64,000 bases of DNA from an uncultured Gammaproteobacteria bacterium (GTDB lineage: Bacteria; Pseudomonadota; Gammaproteobacteria; Steroidobacterales; Steroidobacteraceae). How positions within the stretch are numbered: position 1 is the first letter of the stretch; each line of letters starts with the position of its first letter. This document shows, piece by piece, positions 8,960 to 19,086 of the stretch. The translations under genes and the position numbers were made by a program. A model generated the notes under the pieces. The model saw only the letters and a list, made by a program, of their open reading frames with translations. It was not told the origin of the DNA and did not search any database. The DNA is taken from NCBI GenBank assembly GCA_963695085.1, contig CAVOFV010000001.1, forward strand, positions 337,028 to 401,027. The letters are read 5' to 3'.

Positions 8960-11323
8960 TTGAACACATACACGATTCCCTTCGACCGCGTCGGCCTGGC
9001 CGATCTCGACAAGGTGGGCGGCAAGAACGCCTCGATCGGCGAGATGATCGGCCAACTCGCCAAGCTCGGCTTGCGCGTGCCGGGCGGCTTTGCGACGACG
9101 TCGCAGGCCTACCGGGACTTCCTCGCCCAGGACGGGCTCGCCGGCCGCATCGCCGCGGCGCTCGACGGCCTCGACGTGGACGACGTCAAGGCGCTGGCGC
9201 GGGCCGGCTCGCAGATCCGCCGCTGGATGCTCGATACACCGTTCCACGCCCGCCTGCAGCAGGAGATCGAGCGGGCCTGGGACGCCATGGCCGGCGACCA
9301 GGACATCGCAGTCGCAGTGCGCTCCTCGGCGACCGCCGAAGACCTGCCGGGTGCGTCATTTGCCGGCCAGCAGGAGACGTTTCTCAACGTGCGCGGCCGC
9401 GACCAGGTGCTGAAGGCCATGCACGAGGTGTATGCGAGCCTGTTCAACGACCGCGCGATCGCCTACCGAGTGCACCAGGGCTTCGAACACGCCCAGGTCG
9501 CCATCTCCGTGGGCGTGCAGCACATGGTGCGCAGCGACCTCGGCGCGAGCGGCGTGATGTTCACGCTGGACACCGAGTCGGGCTTCCGCGACGTCGTGTT
9601 CATCACGGCTTCCTACGGTCTCGGCGAACTGGTCGTGCAAGGCGCGGTCAGCCCGGACGAGATCTACGTCTACAAGCCCGCCCTGCGGACGGGCCACTAT
9701 CCCATCGTGCGCCGCAGCCTGGGCACCAAAGCCGCCCGCATGGTCTACGCCAGCGAGCCGTCGGCGACGTCCCGCGTGGAAACCGTCGAGGTGCCCGCCG
9801 CCGACCGGCAGCGATACTGCATCAGTGACGAGGATGTCCTGACCCTGGCGCGGCAGGCGCTGCTGATTGAACAGCACTACGACTGCCCGATGGACATCGA
9901 ATGGGGCAAGGACGGCGCAACCGGCGAGATCTACATCCTGCAGGCGCGCCCCGAGACCGTGCAAAGCCGCACCGGACGCAGCATCCAGCGCTATTCCCTC
10001 AAGGGCCGCTCGAAGGTGCTGGCCAGCGGACGCGCGATCGGCCAGCGCATCGGCGCGGGCCCGGTGCGGGTGATCCGCGACGTCAAGGAGATGTCCCGCG
10101 TGCGGGCCGGCGACGTGCTGGTCGCGGACATGACCGACCCCGACTGGGAGCCGGTCATGAAGCGGGCGTCGGCGATCGTGACCAATCGCGGCGGCCGCAC
10201 CTGTCATGCCGCTATCATCGCCCGCGAGATGGGCGTGCCGGCGGTGGTCGGATGCGGCGACGCGACCGAGGTGCTGACCGACGACGAGCCCGTGACGGTC
10301 TCCTGCGCCGAGGGCGAGACCGGCCTGGTCTTCGAAGGCCAGCTCGACTTCGACCGCCAAATCATCGAGCTGAGCGCGCTGCCGCCCTCGCCGGTCAGCA
10401 TCATGATGAACGTCGGCAACCCTGACCGTGCGTTCGATTTCGCGTCGATCCCCAACAAGGGCGTCGGCCTGGCCCGGCTCGAATTCATCATCAACCGCAC
10501 CATCGGCGTCCATCCGCGCGCACTGCTCGAGTTCGACGGGCTGGAGCCCGGCCTGAAAGAACAGATCCGGCGGCAGATGGCCGGGCACGACGACCCCATC
10601 TCGTTCTTCGTCGACAAGCTGGCCGAGGGCATCGCGACGATCGCGGCCGCCTTCGCGCCGGAGCCGGTCATCGTGCGCCTGTCCGACTTCAAGTCCAACG
10701 AGTACGCCAACCTGATCGGCGGCAAGCTGTACGAACCCCACGAGGAGAACCCGATGCTGGGGTTCCGCGGCGCGTCGCGCTACGTCGACGAGACGTTCCG
10801 GCCGTGCTTCGAACTGGAGTGCCGGGCGCTGCGCAAGGTGCGCGAGGACATGGGACTGGTCAACGTACAGGTGATGGTGCCGTTCGTGCGCACCGTGGAT
10901 GAGGGCCGCCGCGTCATCGGGCTGCTGGCCGAGAATGGCCTGAAGCGCGGCGAGAACGGCCTCAAGGTCATCATGATGTGCGAGATCCCGAGCAATGCGC
11001 TGCTGGCCAGGGAATTCCTCGAGCACTTCGACGGCATGTCGATCGGCTCGAATGACATGACCCAGCTGACGCTCGGACTCGACCGCGACTCCGCCATCGT
11101 CGCCGCGCTGTTCGACGAGCGTGACGCGGCGGTGAAGGCGCTGTTGACGATGGCGATCCGCGCCTGCCGCGAGGCCGGCAAGTACATCGGCATCTGCGGC
11201 CAGGGACCGTCCGACCACCCGGAGTTCGCGCGCTGGCTGGCCGACCAGGGCATCGACAGCATTTCGCTCAACCCCGACACGGTCGTGGACACCTGGCTGT
11301 ACCTGGCGGGCAAGACGGTCTGA
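8960..11323 (+). CDS. ppsA: Phosphoenolpyruvate synthase
   Basis: 787 aa with [12 protein letters not shown], the phosphohistidine motif [21 protein letters not shown] and a C-terminal PEP-utilising TIM barrel. Apparent TTG start. Confidence 0.95.
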   Translation: MNTYTIPFDRVGLADLDKVGGKNASIGEMIGQLAKLGLRVPGGFATTSQAYRDFLAQDGLAGRIAAALDGLDVDDVKALARAGSQIRRWMLDTPFHARLQQEIERAWDAMAGDQDIAVAVRSSATAEDLPGASFAGQQETFLNVRGRDQVLKAMHEVYASLFNDRAIAYRVHQGFEHAQVAISVGVQHMVRSDLGASGVMFTLDTESGFRDVVFITASYGLGELVVQGAVSPDEIYVYKPALRTGHYPIVRRSLGTKAARMVYASEPSATSRVETVEVPAADRQRYCISDEDVLTLARQALLIEQHYDCPMDIEWGKDGATGEIYILQARPETVQSRTGRSIQRYSLKGRSKVLASGRAIGQRIGAGPVRVIRDVKEMSRVRAGDVLVADMTDPDWEPVMKRASAIVTNRGGRTCHAAIIAREMGVPAVVGCGDATEVLTDDEPVTVSCAEGETGLVFEGQLDFDRQIIELSALPPSPVSIMMNVGNPDRAFDFASIPNKGVGLARLEFIINRTIGVHPRALLEFDGLEPGLKEQIRRQMAGHDDPISFFVDKLAEGIATIAAAFAPEPVIVRLSDFKSNEYANLIGGKLYEPHEENPMLGFRGASRYVDETFRPCFELECRALRKVREDMGLVNVQVMVPFVRTVDEGRRVIGLLAENGLKRGENGLKVIMMCEIPSNALLAREFLEHFDGMSIGSNDMTQLTLGLDRDSAIVAALFDERDAAVKALLTMAIRACREAGKYIGICGQGPSDHPEFARWLADQGIDSISLNPDTVVDTWLYLAGKTV

Positions 11324-11339
11324 ACCACGCAGGGCCAGG

Positions 11340-11732
11340 TCAGTCGCCGAGGGCCCCGCGCGCGCGTTCCCAGTGCTGCCCGTCGAAGGCACGCACGGTC
11401 ATCGATTCGACCGTACCGGCATCGAGGCAGCGCGCGTTGACGCTGATCCCGTCGGGGTGCGACCTCGGCACATAGAACGACTTGATGCCGCAGGTGCGGC
11501 AGAACAGGTGCCGTGCGGCGCCGGTATTGAAGCGGTACTCGATCAGCGCGTCGGCGTCGCCGAGCAGCGTGAACGCGCCGTGCCCGACGATCAGGTGCAG
11601 GTAGCCCGCCTTGCTGCACATCGAGCAGTTGCAGTCGAGCACCTCGAGCTCCGCCGGCGCCCGCACCTCGAAGCGGACGGCGCCGCAATGGCAACCGCCC
11701 CGGTGCACCCGCAGCGCTGCGAACTCGCTCAT
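11340..11732 (-). CDS. GFA/CENP-V family zinc-binding protein
   Basis: Cys motifs CHCGAVRF, CNCSMC and FCRTCG. ATG at 11732 (MSEFAAL...). Confidence 0.8.
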   Translation of the reverse strand: MSEFAALRVHRGGCHCGAVRFEVRAPAELEVLDCNCSMCSKAGYLHLIVGHGAFTLLGDADALIEYRFNTGAARHLFCRTCGIKSFYVPRSHPDGISVNARCLDAGTVESMTVRAFDGQHWERARGALGD

Positions 11733-11751
11733 GCGGGTGCCCTGGGCCGCC

Positions 11752-12321
11752 TCACGTCCGCCGCCAGGCCTCTGCGAACAGGTGTTCCCGGTAGTGCCGC
11801 AGCTCGCCGACGGACTCGCGGATGTCCTCGAGCGCCAGGTGCGCCGACTTCTTGGTGTAGCCACGCGCCACGCCGGGCGCCCAGCGCAGGGCCAGTTCCT
11901 TGACCGCGCTCACGTCCAGGTTCCGATAGTGGAAGAACCGTTCGAGCTGTGGCATGCGCCGCGCCAGGAAACGCCGGTCCTGGCAGATGCTGTTGCCGCA
12001 CATGGGCGAGGTGCCGGGCTCGACCTGCGGCGCCAGGAAGTCGAGCGTCGCGCGCTCGGCCTCCTGCTCCGTCACGGTGCTGGCCGCGACCCGCGCCAGC
12101 AGGCCTGACCCGCCGTGGGTCGTCCTGTTCCAGTCGTCCATCATCTCCAGCACCGTTTGCGGCTGGTGGATGGCGATCGCCGGACCCTCGGCGAGCACCT
12201 CGAGGTTGCTGTCGGTAATGAGGGTGGCGATCTCGATGATCCGGTCATGGTCCGGGTCGAGACCGGTCATCTCGAGGTCTATCCAGACGAGCCTGGGGCT
12301 GGCATCCATGTTGCCCGGCAT
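11752..12321 (-). CDS. orn: Oligoribonuclease
   Basis: [33 protein letters not shown] and [20 protein letters not shown] closely parallel E. coli Orn. Divergent from rsgA, as in E. coli. An alternative ATG lies at 12309. Confidence 0.93.
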   Translation of the reverse strand: MPGNMDASPRLVWIDLEMTGLDPDHDRIIEIATLITDSNLEVLAEGPAIAIHQPQTVLEMMDDWNRTTHGGSGLLARVAASTVTEQEAERATLDFLAPQVEPGTSPMCGNSICQDRRFLARRMPQLERFFHYRNLDVSAVKELALRWAPGVARGYTKKSAHLALEDIRESVGELRHYREHLFAEAWRRT

Positions 12322-12418
12322 CTTAGCAGAGGCTAGAGTCGCGCCCGTCCATGCCAATCCGCAGCCGACCTGTCGCACCACTCCGCCGCGCACGGCCCGC
12401 GGCGCTGCGACCGCCTGC

Positions 12419-13402
12419 ATGAGTACGCGCGACGACGACGCCAAGAGCGGGCGGTCCGGGCGTATCGTCGCCGCCTACGGCCGGCGCGTCGTCGTCGAAA
12501 CACCGGCCGGCGAGCGCATTCCATGCCGGCTGTTCGGGCGCCGTCTGCAGGTCGTCTGCGGCGACGCCGTACGCTGGCGCGCGGCGGACGCGGAAGGCGC
12601 GGAAGGCCTGATTCTCGAGGTCGAGCCGCGCCGCAGCGAACTGGCCCGCGCCGGCGCGTCCGGACAGCGCGAACCGGTCGTTGCCAACCTCGACCTGCTG
12701 GTGGCCGTCCTGGCGCCGGTGCCGGCGCCCGACTATGCGCTGTGCGACCGTTACCTCGCCGCGGCCGAGTGGGCAGGCCTGGCGGCCGCGGTCACGCTGA
12801 ACAAGACGGACCTGCCGGACGCCGGCGCCGCGGGCCTGCAGGCCGAGCTGGCGAAATATCGCGAGCTGGGCTACCCGGTCGCGCAAACCAGCAAGCGCGC
12901 GGCCGGTGGCGCAGTTGAGCTGGAAGCCCTGCTGGCGGGCCACGTCGGCATCCTCGTCGGCCAGTCCGGGGTCGGCAAGAGCTCGTTGATCAACATGATG
13001 GCGCCTGGCAGCAACATCGCCGTGCAGGAAGTCTCGCGCGGCACCGAGGAAGGCCGCCACACGACGACCGCCTCGACGCTGTTTCACCTGCCTGGCGGCG
13101 GCCAACTCATCGATTCGCCGGGCGTGCGCGATTTTGCACCGCCGTTGCCGGCGCCGCGCGAGGTGGCGTGGGGATTCAGGGAGATCGCGCGCGAGGCGAC
13201 GGGCTGCCGCTTCCCCGATTGCCGCCACGACGGGGAACCCGGCTGCGCGGTGCACGCGGCGGTGCAAGGCGGCCGCATCGCGTCGCGCCGCATGGCCAGC
13301 TACCGGCAGTTGCTGCGGCTCGCCGACGAGTTCGACCGGCGCCAGCGAACCTCTGGCCGGTCGCGCGACCCGGCCGGCGCGGGCCGCAAGCCTAGGAAAT
13401 GA
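12419..13402 (+). CDS. rsgA: Ribosome small-subunit-dependent GTPase A
   Basis: ATG at 12419 (MSTRDDD...), NKTDL, the [13 protein letters not shown]-loop and the zinc knuckle [16 protein letters not shown]. Confidence 0.9.
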   Translation: MSTRDDDAKSGRSGRIVAAYGRRVVVETPAGERIPCRLFGRRLQVVCGDAVRWRAADAEGAEGLILEVEPRRSELARAGASGQREPVVANLDLLVAVLAPVPAPDYALCDRYLAAAEWAGLAAAVTLNKTDLPDAGAAGLQAELAKYRELGYPVAQTSKRAAGGAVELEALLAGHVGILVGQSGVGKSSLINMMAPGSNIAVQEVSRGTEEGRHTTTASTLFHLPGGGQLIDSPGVRDFAPPLPAPREVAWGFREIAREATGCRFPDCRHDGEPGCAVHAAVQGGRIASRRMASYRQLLRLADEFDRRQRTSGRSRDPAGAGRKPRK

Positions 13403-13991
13403 CCAGCCGGCCGGCCAGCGCGTGCGCCAGCGTGCCGCCGTCGACGTACTCGAGCTCGCCACCGACCGGCACCCCGTGTGCGATCCGCGAGGCACGGATC
13501 CCGCGGCGCGTGACCAGTTCGCCCAGGAAATGCGCGGTCGCCTCGCCCTCGACGGTCGGGTTGGTTGCGAGGATCACCTCGCGTACGCCGTCTTCTTCGA
13601 GGATCGCGTCGAATTGCTCGAGCCCGAGTTGCTCTGGACCGACGCCGTCCAGCGGCGACAGGTGCCCCATCAGCACGAAGTACCGGCCCCGGTAGCCCCC
13701 GGATTGCTCGACGGCGACGACGTCCGCCGGCGATTCGACGACGCACAGCAGTCCTTCGTCGCGCTGCGGCGCCGTGCACACCTCGCACAGGTCGCCGTCG
13801 GTCAGCATCCGGCAGCGCTTGCAATGGCCGATGGTGGTCACTGCTTCATCGAGGGCCCGCGCCAGCGCCGTCGCGCCCTCGCGGTTGCGTTCCAGCAGGT
13901 TGAAGGCCATGCGCTGGGCCGACTTCGGGCCGACGCCGGGCAGGACGCGCAGCGCCTCGATCAGTCGTCCCAGTGCCGGCGAGTACTTCAC
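13392..13991 (-). CDS. recR: Recombination protein RecR
   Basis: [14 protein letters not shown] helix-hairpin-helix, the zinc finger [16 protein letters not shown] and a Toprim region. Confidence 0.95.
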   Translation of the reverse strand: MKYSPALGRLIEALRVLPGVGPKSAQRMAFNLLERNREGATALARALDEAVTTIGHCKRCRMLTDGDLCEVCTAPQRDEGLLCVVESPADVVAVEQSGGYRGRYFVLMGHLSPLDGVGPEQLGLEQFDAILEEDGVREVILATNPTVEGEATAHFLGELVTRRGIRASRIAHGVPVGGELEYVDGGTLAHALAGRLVIS

Positions 13992-14003
13992 GGACCGGCC
14001 GCG

Positions 14004-14330
14004 TCAGAACGGCATCGTCATGCCAGGCGGCAGCGGCATGCCACCCATCAGGCCGGACATCTTCTCCTTCGCCGCCTCGCCCGCACGCCGCGTCGCGTCG
14101 TTGCAGGCCGCGGCCACCAGGTCCTCGAGCATCTCGAGGTCACCGCCGGCGCCAGCCGCCGGGTCGATCCGGACTCGCTGGACCTCGTGCCGGCCATTCA
14201 TGGTTACTTTGACCATGCCGCCGCCCGACTCGCCCACGACTTCGAGCTGCGCGAGTTCCTCCTGCGCCTTCTGCATGTTGGCCTGCAATTGCTGGGCCTG
14301 CCTCATCAGCGCACCGATGTTCTGCTTCAT
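14004..14330 (-). CDS. ybaB: Nucleoid-associated protein YbaB/EbfC
   Basis: 108 aa with [18 protein letters not shown]...[11 protein letters not shown]. Canonical dnaX-ybaB-recR order. Confidence 0.92.
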   Translation of the reverse strand: MKQNIGALMRQAQQLQANMQKAQEELAQLEVVGESGGGMVKVTMNGRHEVQRVRIDPAAGAGGDLEMLEDLVAAACNDATRRAGEAAKEKMSGLMGGMPLPPGMTMPF

Positions 14331-14363
14331 GCCTGCTCCATTTCCAGTCGTCGCACCGCGATC

Positions 14364-15947
14364 CTAGCCAGCCGGCTTGATCGAGCCTGGTTGCACCACC
14401 GCCCCGAAGCGGTCCTTGAGCGCCTGTACGGTCGGATCGCTGTCGAGCGCGAGGCGTGCCTGTTCCATGCGCTCCTGCTCCTCGCGTTCCCGTTCCCGGG
14501 CGGGTGTCTCGCCCGCCTCCTCGGTGACCTCGAAATCCAGACGCAGATCGCGGCCCAGCAGCTTTGACAGCGCCTGCTGCAGCCGCTCCTCGAGCTGGCG
14601 CGTCTGCAGCGTTTCGCCGCGGGCGTCGAGCCGCAGGCGCAGCAGGTCCCCGTCGAGGGCCGCGAAACTGCAGTGCGACGCGAGTTGCCGGGCCGCGCCG
14701 CGCAGCTTCAACTGCTCCAGGACGGCGCTCCAGTTAGAGAGGTCCCCGGGCACCGCAACGGGCTCGCCCGGCGTCGCCGCCGCGGCCACGGCGGGCGCTT
14801 GCGCCTTCGCCGTTGGCGGCGCCGACTGGCGCCGGACCGGCCCGGCGGGCGGCTCGACGGCGGCGGACGGCCGGAAAGCCAGCATGCGCAGCAACACCAT
14901 CTCAAAGCCGCTGCGCGGCTCGGGTGCCAGCGGCAGGTCACGGCGGCCGAGAATGGCCACCTGATAGTAGAGTTGGACATCCTCCGCCGTCAGCGCCGCC
15001 GCCAGCGCCGCAATGCCTTCCCCGCCCCAGACCTCGTCCTGCGGCAGGCCGGGAATCGCCTGGTGCAGTGCGATCTTCTGCAACAGGCTGGCCAGTTCGT
15101 CCAGCACCTGCGCATAGTCCGGCACATGCTCGTCCAATTCCGCCACGCAGCGCATCAGGCCGGCGGCATCTGCAGCCGCCAGCAGTTCGAGCAGCTGCTG
15201 CACGCGGTCCCGGTCGATCGTCCCCAGCATGGCCCGCGCGTCGGCCTCGCCGACCCTGCCGCCGCCAAACGCAATCATCTGGTCGAGCAGCGACAATGCG
15301 TCGCGCACGCTGCCGTCTGCGGCGCGTGACAGCAGCGTTACGGCACCCTGCTCGTACTTGACGCCCTCCGCATCGAGGATCAGCCGCAGCCGGTCGCCGA
15401 TCAGCGAAGGCGGCAGGCGCTTGAGGTTGAACTGCAGGCACCGCGACAGCACCGTCACGGGGACCTTCTGAGGATCGGTGGTTGCGAGCAGGAACTTGAC
15501 GTGCGGCGGCGGTTCCTCGAGCGTCTTGAGCAACGCATTGAAGGAATGCCCGGACAACATGTGCACCTCGTCGATGAGGTACACCTTGTAGCGGCCGCGG
15601 GTCGGTGCGTACTGCACGTTGTCGAGCAGTTCGCGGGTGTCGTCCACCTTGGTGCGCGATGCGGCGTCCACCTCGATCAGGTCCACGAAGCGGCCCTGAT
15701 CAATTTCCTGGCAGGCCGCGCACTCGCCGCAGGGGTTTGAGCCAAGCCCCTTCTCGCAGTTCAGGGATTTCGCCAGGATGCGCGCAATGGTCGTCTTGCC
15801 GACGCCGCGCGTGCCGGTGAACAGGAACGCGTGGTGCACGCGACCCGAGTCCAGTGCGTTGACCAGCGCACGCAGCACGTGCTCCTGGCCGACCAGCTCG
15901 TCGAAGCGCCGGGGGCGCCATTTCCTGGCAAGGACGAGGTAGCTCAT
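14364..15947 (-). CDS. dnaX: DNA polymerase III subunit tau (gamma/tau)
   Basis: MSYLVLARKWRPRRFDELVGQEHV, Walker A GTRGVGKTTIARILAKSLNC and the zinc module CGECAACQEI. Confidence 0.95.
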   Translation of the reverse strand: MSYLVLARKWRPRRFDELVGQEHVLRALVNALDSGRVHHAFLFTGTRGVGKTTIARILAKSLNCEKGLGSNPCGECAACQEIDQGRFVDLIEVDAASRTKVDDTRELLDNVQYAPTRGRYKVYLIDEVHMLSGHSFNALLKTLEEPPPHVKFLLATTDPQKVPVTVLSRCLQFNLKRLPPSLIGDRLRLILDAEGVKYEQGAVTLLSRAADGSVRDALSLLDQMIAFGGGRVGEADARAMLGTIDRDRVQQLLELLAAADAAGLMRCVAELDEHVPDYAQVLDELASLLQKIALHQAIPGLPQDEVWGGEGIAALAAALTAEDVQLYYQVAILGRRDLPLAPEPRSGFEMVLLRMLAFRPSAAVEPPAGPVRRQSAPPTAKAQAPAVAAAATPGEPVAVPGDLSNWSAVLEQLKLRGAARQLASHCSFAALDGDLLRLRLDARGETLQTRQLEERLQQALSKLLGRDLRLDFEVTEEAGETPAREREREEQERMEQARLALDSDPTVQALKDRFGAVVQPGSIKPAG

Positions 15948-15984
15948 CGCGCTTCGTGCTTTCTCCGCAGCATCGGCCGTGTCG

Positions 15985-16102
<118 letters not shown>

Positions 16103-16257
16103 CGTAACCGAGGGGATCGAGTTCGATGTCTGGCCGCCTTCAGCAGGCGCCATGGTCAACCTGCGGGCATCGTAAGGTCGGGGTCCCGGAGCGTCAACCG
16201 CAGCCGCCGAGCCGTTGCGCGGCACAACGCAAGAGTGCCACAAGGACCCCTTCTGCA

Positions 16258-16281
16258 TGTATTGGCGGAGAGGGTGGGATT
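16258..16281 (-). pseudogene. Fragment duplicating the 3' end of tRNA-Ser (acceptor/T-arm 3' strand plus CCA and 5 flanking nt)
   Basis: tgtaTtggcggagagggtgggatt is 23/24 identical to 16441-16464, the 3' end of the intact tRNA-Ser. The rest of the tRNA body is absent. Confidence 0.6.
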
Positions 16282-16296
16282 GTGCGCCTCCGGCGC

Positions 16297-16335
16297 ATCC
16301 CTCGCCTGCGGCTCGGGACCAGCGCCGCGTCCGCG
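16297..16335. repeat. Imperfect direct repeat, copy A, related to 16609-16650
   Basis: atccctcgcctgcggctcgggacc..cgccgcgtccgcg versus atccctcgctacgctcgggacc..cgccgcgtcccgcg. Hand alignment. Confidence 0.5.
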
Positions 16336-16404
16336 ACGCTGTCCTTCGGCACGCCATGGCGTGCCTCGTCGAACCCGGTGCGTTCGTCCACCTGCCCCCG
16401 TCCG

Positions 16405-16445
16405 GTACACGACAAAGGGGCCCTGCCGGCCCCTTTGTCGTGTAC
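16405..16445 (-). terminator. Intrinsic (potentially bidirectional) terminator hairpin abutting the tRNA-Ser 3' end
   Basis: Perfect 18-bp stem gtacacgacaaaggggcc / ggcccctttgtcgtgtac with a 5-nt loop. The GC core is followed by UUUGU on the tRNA strand. Confidence 0.6.
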
Positions 16446-16537
16446 TGGCGGAGAGGGTGGGATTCGAACCCACGAATACCTTGTTAGATATTACTGGAAT
16501 TCCAGTCCAGCGCCTTCGACCACTCGGCCACCTCTCC
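16446..16537 (-). tRNA. tRNA-Ser (anticodon GGA), CCA encoded
   Basis: The reverse complement GGAGAGGTGGCCGAGTGGTCGAAGGCGCTGGACTGGAATTCCAG...GGTTCGAATCCCACCCTCTCCGCCA shows a 7-bp acceptor stem, an anticodon stem CTGGA/TCCAG with loop CTGGAAT, a long variable arm and the T-loop GGTTCGAATCC. Confidence 0.93.
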
Positions 16538-16608
16538 GAACCGGGGCGCCGGCCTGACAGCAAGGCCAGTCCAGCGCGTTGTCCTCGCCTCGCACAGCGA
16601 GGCTTCGG

Positions 16609-16650
16609 ATCCCTCGCTACGCTCGGGACCGCCGCACGCCGCGTCCCGCG
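16609..16650. repeat. Imperfect direct repeat, copy B (upstream of tRNA-Ser)
   Basis: See copy A at 16297-16335. Confidence 0.5.
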
Positions 16651-16698
16651 GGGTGCGCAAGCCTACAAGAGGCCCCGGCAAGCGGCAACCGCGCGCGG

Positions 16699-16962
16699 TC
16701 ACCCTTGCTCAGGTTTCCGGTCAGGGAAGTAACTGGGCGGAACGTCCACGCAGCGGCCATCGGGCGGCTTTTCGGGGGTCGTCAGAGCGGGGACCTTCAG
16801 GGCGCTGCGCGTGTCGGGGGCATCAACGCCCTCCGGCGTCACGAGCGGCGGCGCTTCCCGCGCATCGGCGTAGGCGGCCGGCTTGTCGCAGCGGTCGTAG
16901 GACGGCGCGAGCACGCCGCAACCGGCCAGCAACAGCACCGCCAGAATGACCAGAAATCGCAT
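16699..16962 (-). CDS. Small lipoprotein (87 aa), positional and compositional analogue of the BamC N-terminal region
   Basis: Signal peptide plus lipobox MRFLVILAVLLLAGC. Sits immediately downstream of dapA, where bamC/nlpB sits in E. coli. Pro-rich and unstructured-looking. Confidence 0.7.
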   Translation of the reverse strand: MRFLVILAVLLLAGCGVLAPSYDRCDKPAAYADAREAPPLVTPEGVDAPDTRSALKVPALTTPEKPPDGRCVDVPPSYFPDRKPEQG

Positions 16963-17023
16963 CGATTCACCCTCTTCCTGACCTGTCGCGTCCGGCCCGG
17001 CCCGCCCGCGGCTCCTCGCCCGT

Positions 17024-17899
17024 TCAGATGACCTGGGCGTGTTGCATCGCCGCCAGCACGGCGGCTTCGTTGCACGGCGCCAGCACCGTCAATGGTAACC
17101 GTATTCCCGGCGCGATGAGCCCCAATCTGGCCACCGCCCACTTGGCCGGGATGGGGTTCGCCTCGACGAACAGGTCCCTGTGCAGGCCTGCCAGCCTGCC
17201 GTCGATCTCGAGCGCGCGTATCGCATCACCCTCGAGCGCGGCATCGCACATTGCGCGCATCAGGCGCGGGGCCACGTTGCCCGTCACGGTGATGACTCCC
17301 TGGCCGCCGGCCAGCATGAACTCACGGCTCGTCGCATCGTCGCCCGACAGCAACAGGAAGTCGTCGCCGCAGCGGTCGAGCAGCTCCCGCACCCGCTCGA
17401 TCTTGCCGGTCGCTTCCTTGACACCGACGATCTGTGGATGTTCCGCGAGCCGCTCGATGGACGGTGGCAGCAGGTCGCAAGCGGTGCGTGACGGCACGTT
17501 GTAGAGGATCACCGGCACGCTGCTCGCATCGGCGGCCAGCGAAAAATGCCTGATCAGGCCGTCCTGCCCGGGTTTATTGTAGTAGGGCGTGACGATCAGC
17601 ACCGCATCGACGCCCAGCTCGCAGGCGCAGCGCGTCCGTTCCACCGTGGTCGCCGTCGAATTGGTTCCGGTGCCCGCGATGACCGGCAGCTGGCCGCCCA
17701 GGCGCCGCACCGCGCGGCGCAGCAATTCCGAACCCTCGTCGGGCGTGACGGTGGGCGATTCCCCGGTCGTGCCCAGTACGACGACGCCATCGGTGCCCTG
17801 CCCGGCATGCCAGTCGAGCAGCGACTCGAACGCCTCGAAATCGACTTCTCCGGACTCCGCCATGGGAGTCACCAGGGCAACAATGCTGCCGCGAAACAT
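17024..17899 (-). CDS. dapA: 4-hydroxy-tetrahydrodipicolinate synthase
   Basis: MFRGSIVALVTPM..., VVLGTTGESPT and IVGVKEATG. ATG at 17899. Confidence 0.95.
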   Translation of the reverse strand: MFRGSIVALVTPMAESGEVDFEAFESLLDWHAGQGTDGVVVLGTTGESPTVTPDEGSELLRRAVRRLGGQLPVIAGTGTNSTATTVERTRCACELGVDAVLIVTPYYNKPGQDGLIRHFSLAADASSVPVILYNVPSRTACDLLPPSIERLAEHPQIVGVKEATGKIERVRELLDRCGDDFLLLSGDDATSREFMLAGGQGVITVTGNVAPRLMRAMCDAALEGDAIRALEIDGRLAGLHRDLFVEANPIPAKWAVARLGLIAPGIRLPLTVLAPCNEAAVLAAMQHAQVI

Positions 17900-18040
17900 G
17901 GTGCACCTGCGCCTCAGCCTGCGGGGTGTCCGAATCGTACGGTTCGCGCCACGGCGCACGCAAGGACAAGCGGGGCGCCGGCGTGTTCACGGCGTGCTGA
18001 TCCCGGTAGACTGCAGGGTGCCCCACAGCAGCCAACGCAA

Positions 18041-18571
18041 ATGAAGCAGTACATCGCGATCTCCGCCATCGGCAAGGACCGGACCGGGCTGATCCACGAC
18101 CTCAGCAAGCTGGTCGCCGAGTGCGGCGGCAGCATCAGCGAGAGCCGCATGACGGCGCTCGGCACCGAGTTCGCCATGCTCATGCTGGTCAGCGGTAACT
18201 GGCACGCGATCGCCAAGATCGAGGCCGAGTTGCAGAAGCTGGCGGAAAGCACGGGCACGGCGCTGCAGATCGCGCGCACGGGCGAGCGCCCGGTGCAGGC
18301 GGAGCACGTGCCCTACTCGGTCGACGTCGTGTGCCTGGACCAGGGCGGCATCGTATCGGCGCTGTCCGGTTTCTTTACGGCGCGCGGCATCGACATCTCG
18401 GAGATGAGCACCCGCAGCTATCCGGCGGCGCACACCGGGGCACCGATGTTCGGCGTGTACATGGTCGTCAGCGTGCCGTCGAAGATCCACCTCGGCGCCA
18501 TGCGCGAGGAGTTCATGGACCTGTGCGACAACCTCAACCTCGACGCCATCCTCGAGCCGGTCAGGAACTGA
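18041..18571 (+). CDS. gcvR: Glycine cleavage system transcriptional repressor-like ACT-domain protein
   Basis: MKQYIAISAIGKDRTGLIHDLSKLVAECGGSISESRM and a second ACT-like half. The dapA/gcvR/bcp neighbourhood matches E. coli. Confidence 0.8.
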   Translation: MKQYIAISAIGKDRTGLIHDLSKLVAECGGSISESRMTALGTEFAMLMLVSGNWHAIAKIEAELQKLAESTGTALQIARTGERPVQAEHVPYSVDVVCLDQGGIVSALSGFFTARGIDISEMSTRSYPAAHTGAPMFGVYMVVSVPSKIHLGAMREEFMDLCDNLNLDAILEPVRN

Positions 18572-18608
18572 GCGGTTCAGGCCCGCAGCACGGCAACTGG
18601 CACTCCGC

Positions 18609-19073
18609 ATGGCAAGCGTCACGACAGGCAAGAAGGTCCCGGCGTTTTCCCTGCCGGCAACGGCCGGCACGTTCACGTCCGCCGCTGCGCGCGGACGGAC
18701 GCTGGTCGTCTATTTCTATCCACGCGACAACACCCCCGGCTGCACGCGCGAGGGCGAGGCGTTCCGCGACCTGCACACGAAGTTCAGGAGGGCGGGCGCG
18801 ACCGTCATCGGCATTTCGCCCGACCGGCTCGCCACCCATGAGAAATTCAAGGCAAAGATGCGTTTCCCGTTCGAACTGGGTGCCGACGAGGACCGCAAGG
18901 TCGCGCAGTTGTTCGGCGTGTGGAAGGAAAAGACCCTGTACGGCCGCAAGGCAATGGGCATCGAGCGCAGCACGTTCCTGATCGATGCCGAGGGCGTGTT
19001 GCGGCAGGCCTGGCGCAAGGTACGCGTGGATGGACACGCGGAGGCGGTGCTGGCCGCCGTGAAGGCCCTGTGA
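18609..19073 (+). CDS. bcp: Thioredoxin-dependent peroxiredoxin Bcp
   Basis: FYPRDNTPGCTREG peroxidatic Cys motif; 154 aa. Confidence 0.92.
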   Translation: MASVTTGKKVPAFSLPATAGTFTSAAARGRTLVVYFYPRDNTPGCTREGEAFRDLHTKFRRAGATVIGISPDRLATHEKFKAKMRFPFELGADEDRKVAQLFGVWKEKTLYGRKAMGIERSTFLIDAEGVLRQAWRKVRVDGHAEAVLAAVKAL

Positions 19074-19086
19074 CGGGGCGCAGGCC

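Noticed and set aside
9356-11392. Very long antisense ORFs in the six-frame track. Examples: 678 aa opposite ppsA; 549 aa at 3390-5039 opposite the RND gene; 522 aa at 27633-29201 opposite sufB; 560 aa at 20447-22129 opposite bepA; 563 aa at 58814-60505 opposite dnaB; 540 aa at 35194-36816 opposite putA; 541 aa at 37821-39446 opposite the lyase.
   Set aside because: Each lies opposite a gene with unmistakable conserved motifs, and their translations are Arg/Ala/Gly/His-rich low-complexity strings. This is typical of stop-poor alternative frames in GC-rich DNA. There is no independent support.
14364-15947. Programmed -1 frameshift site in dnaX producing a gamma subunit
   Set aside because: I found no A-AAA-AAG-type slippery heptamer (cttttttt on the plus strand) in the gene, so there is no evidence for frameshifting.
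16258-16464. tRNA-3'-end direct repeats as attL/attR of an integrated genomic island
   Set aside because: Only 164 bp separates the repeats, and no integrase, excisionase or cargo gene is present anywhere nearby. At most this is a scar or a local duplication (reported as a low-key finding).
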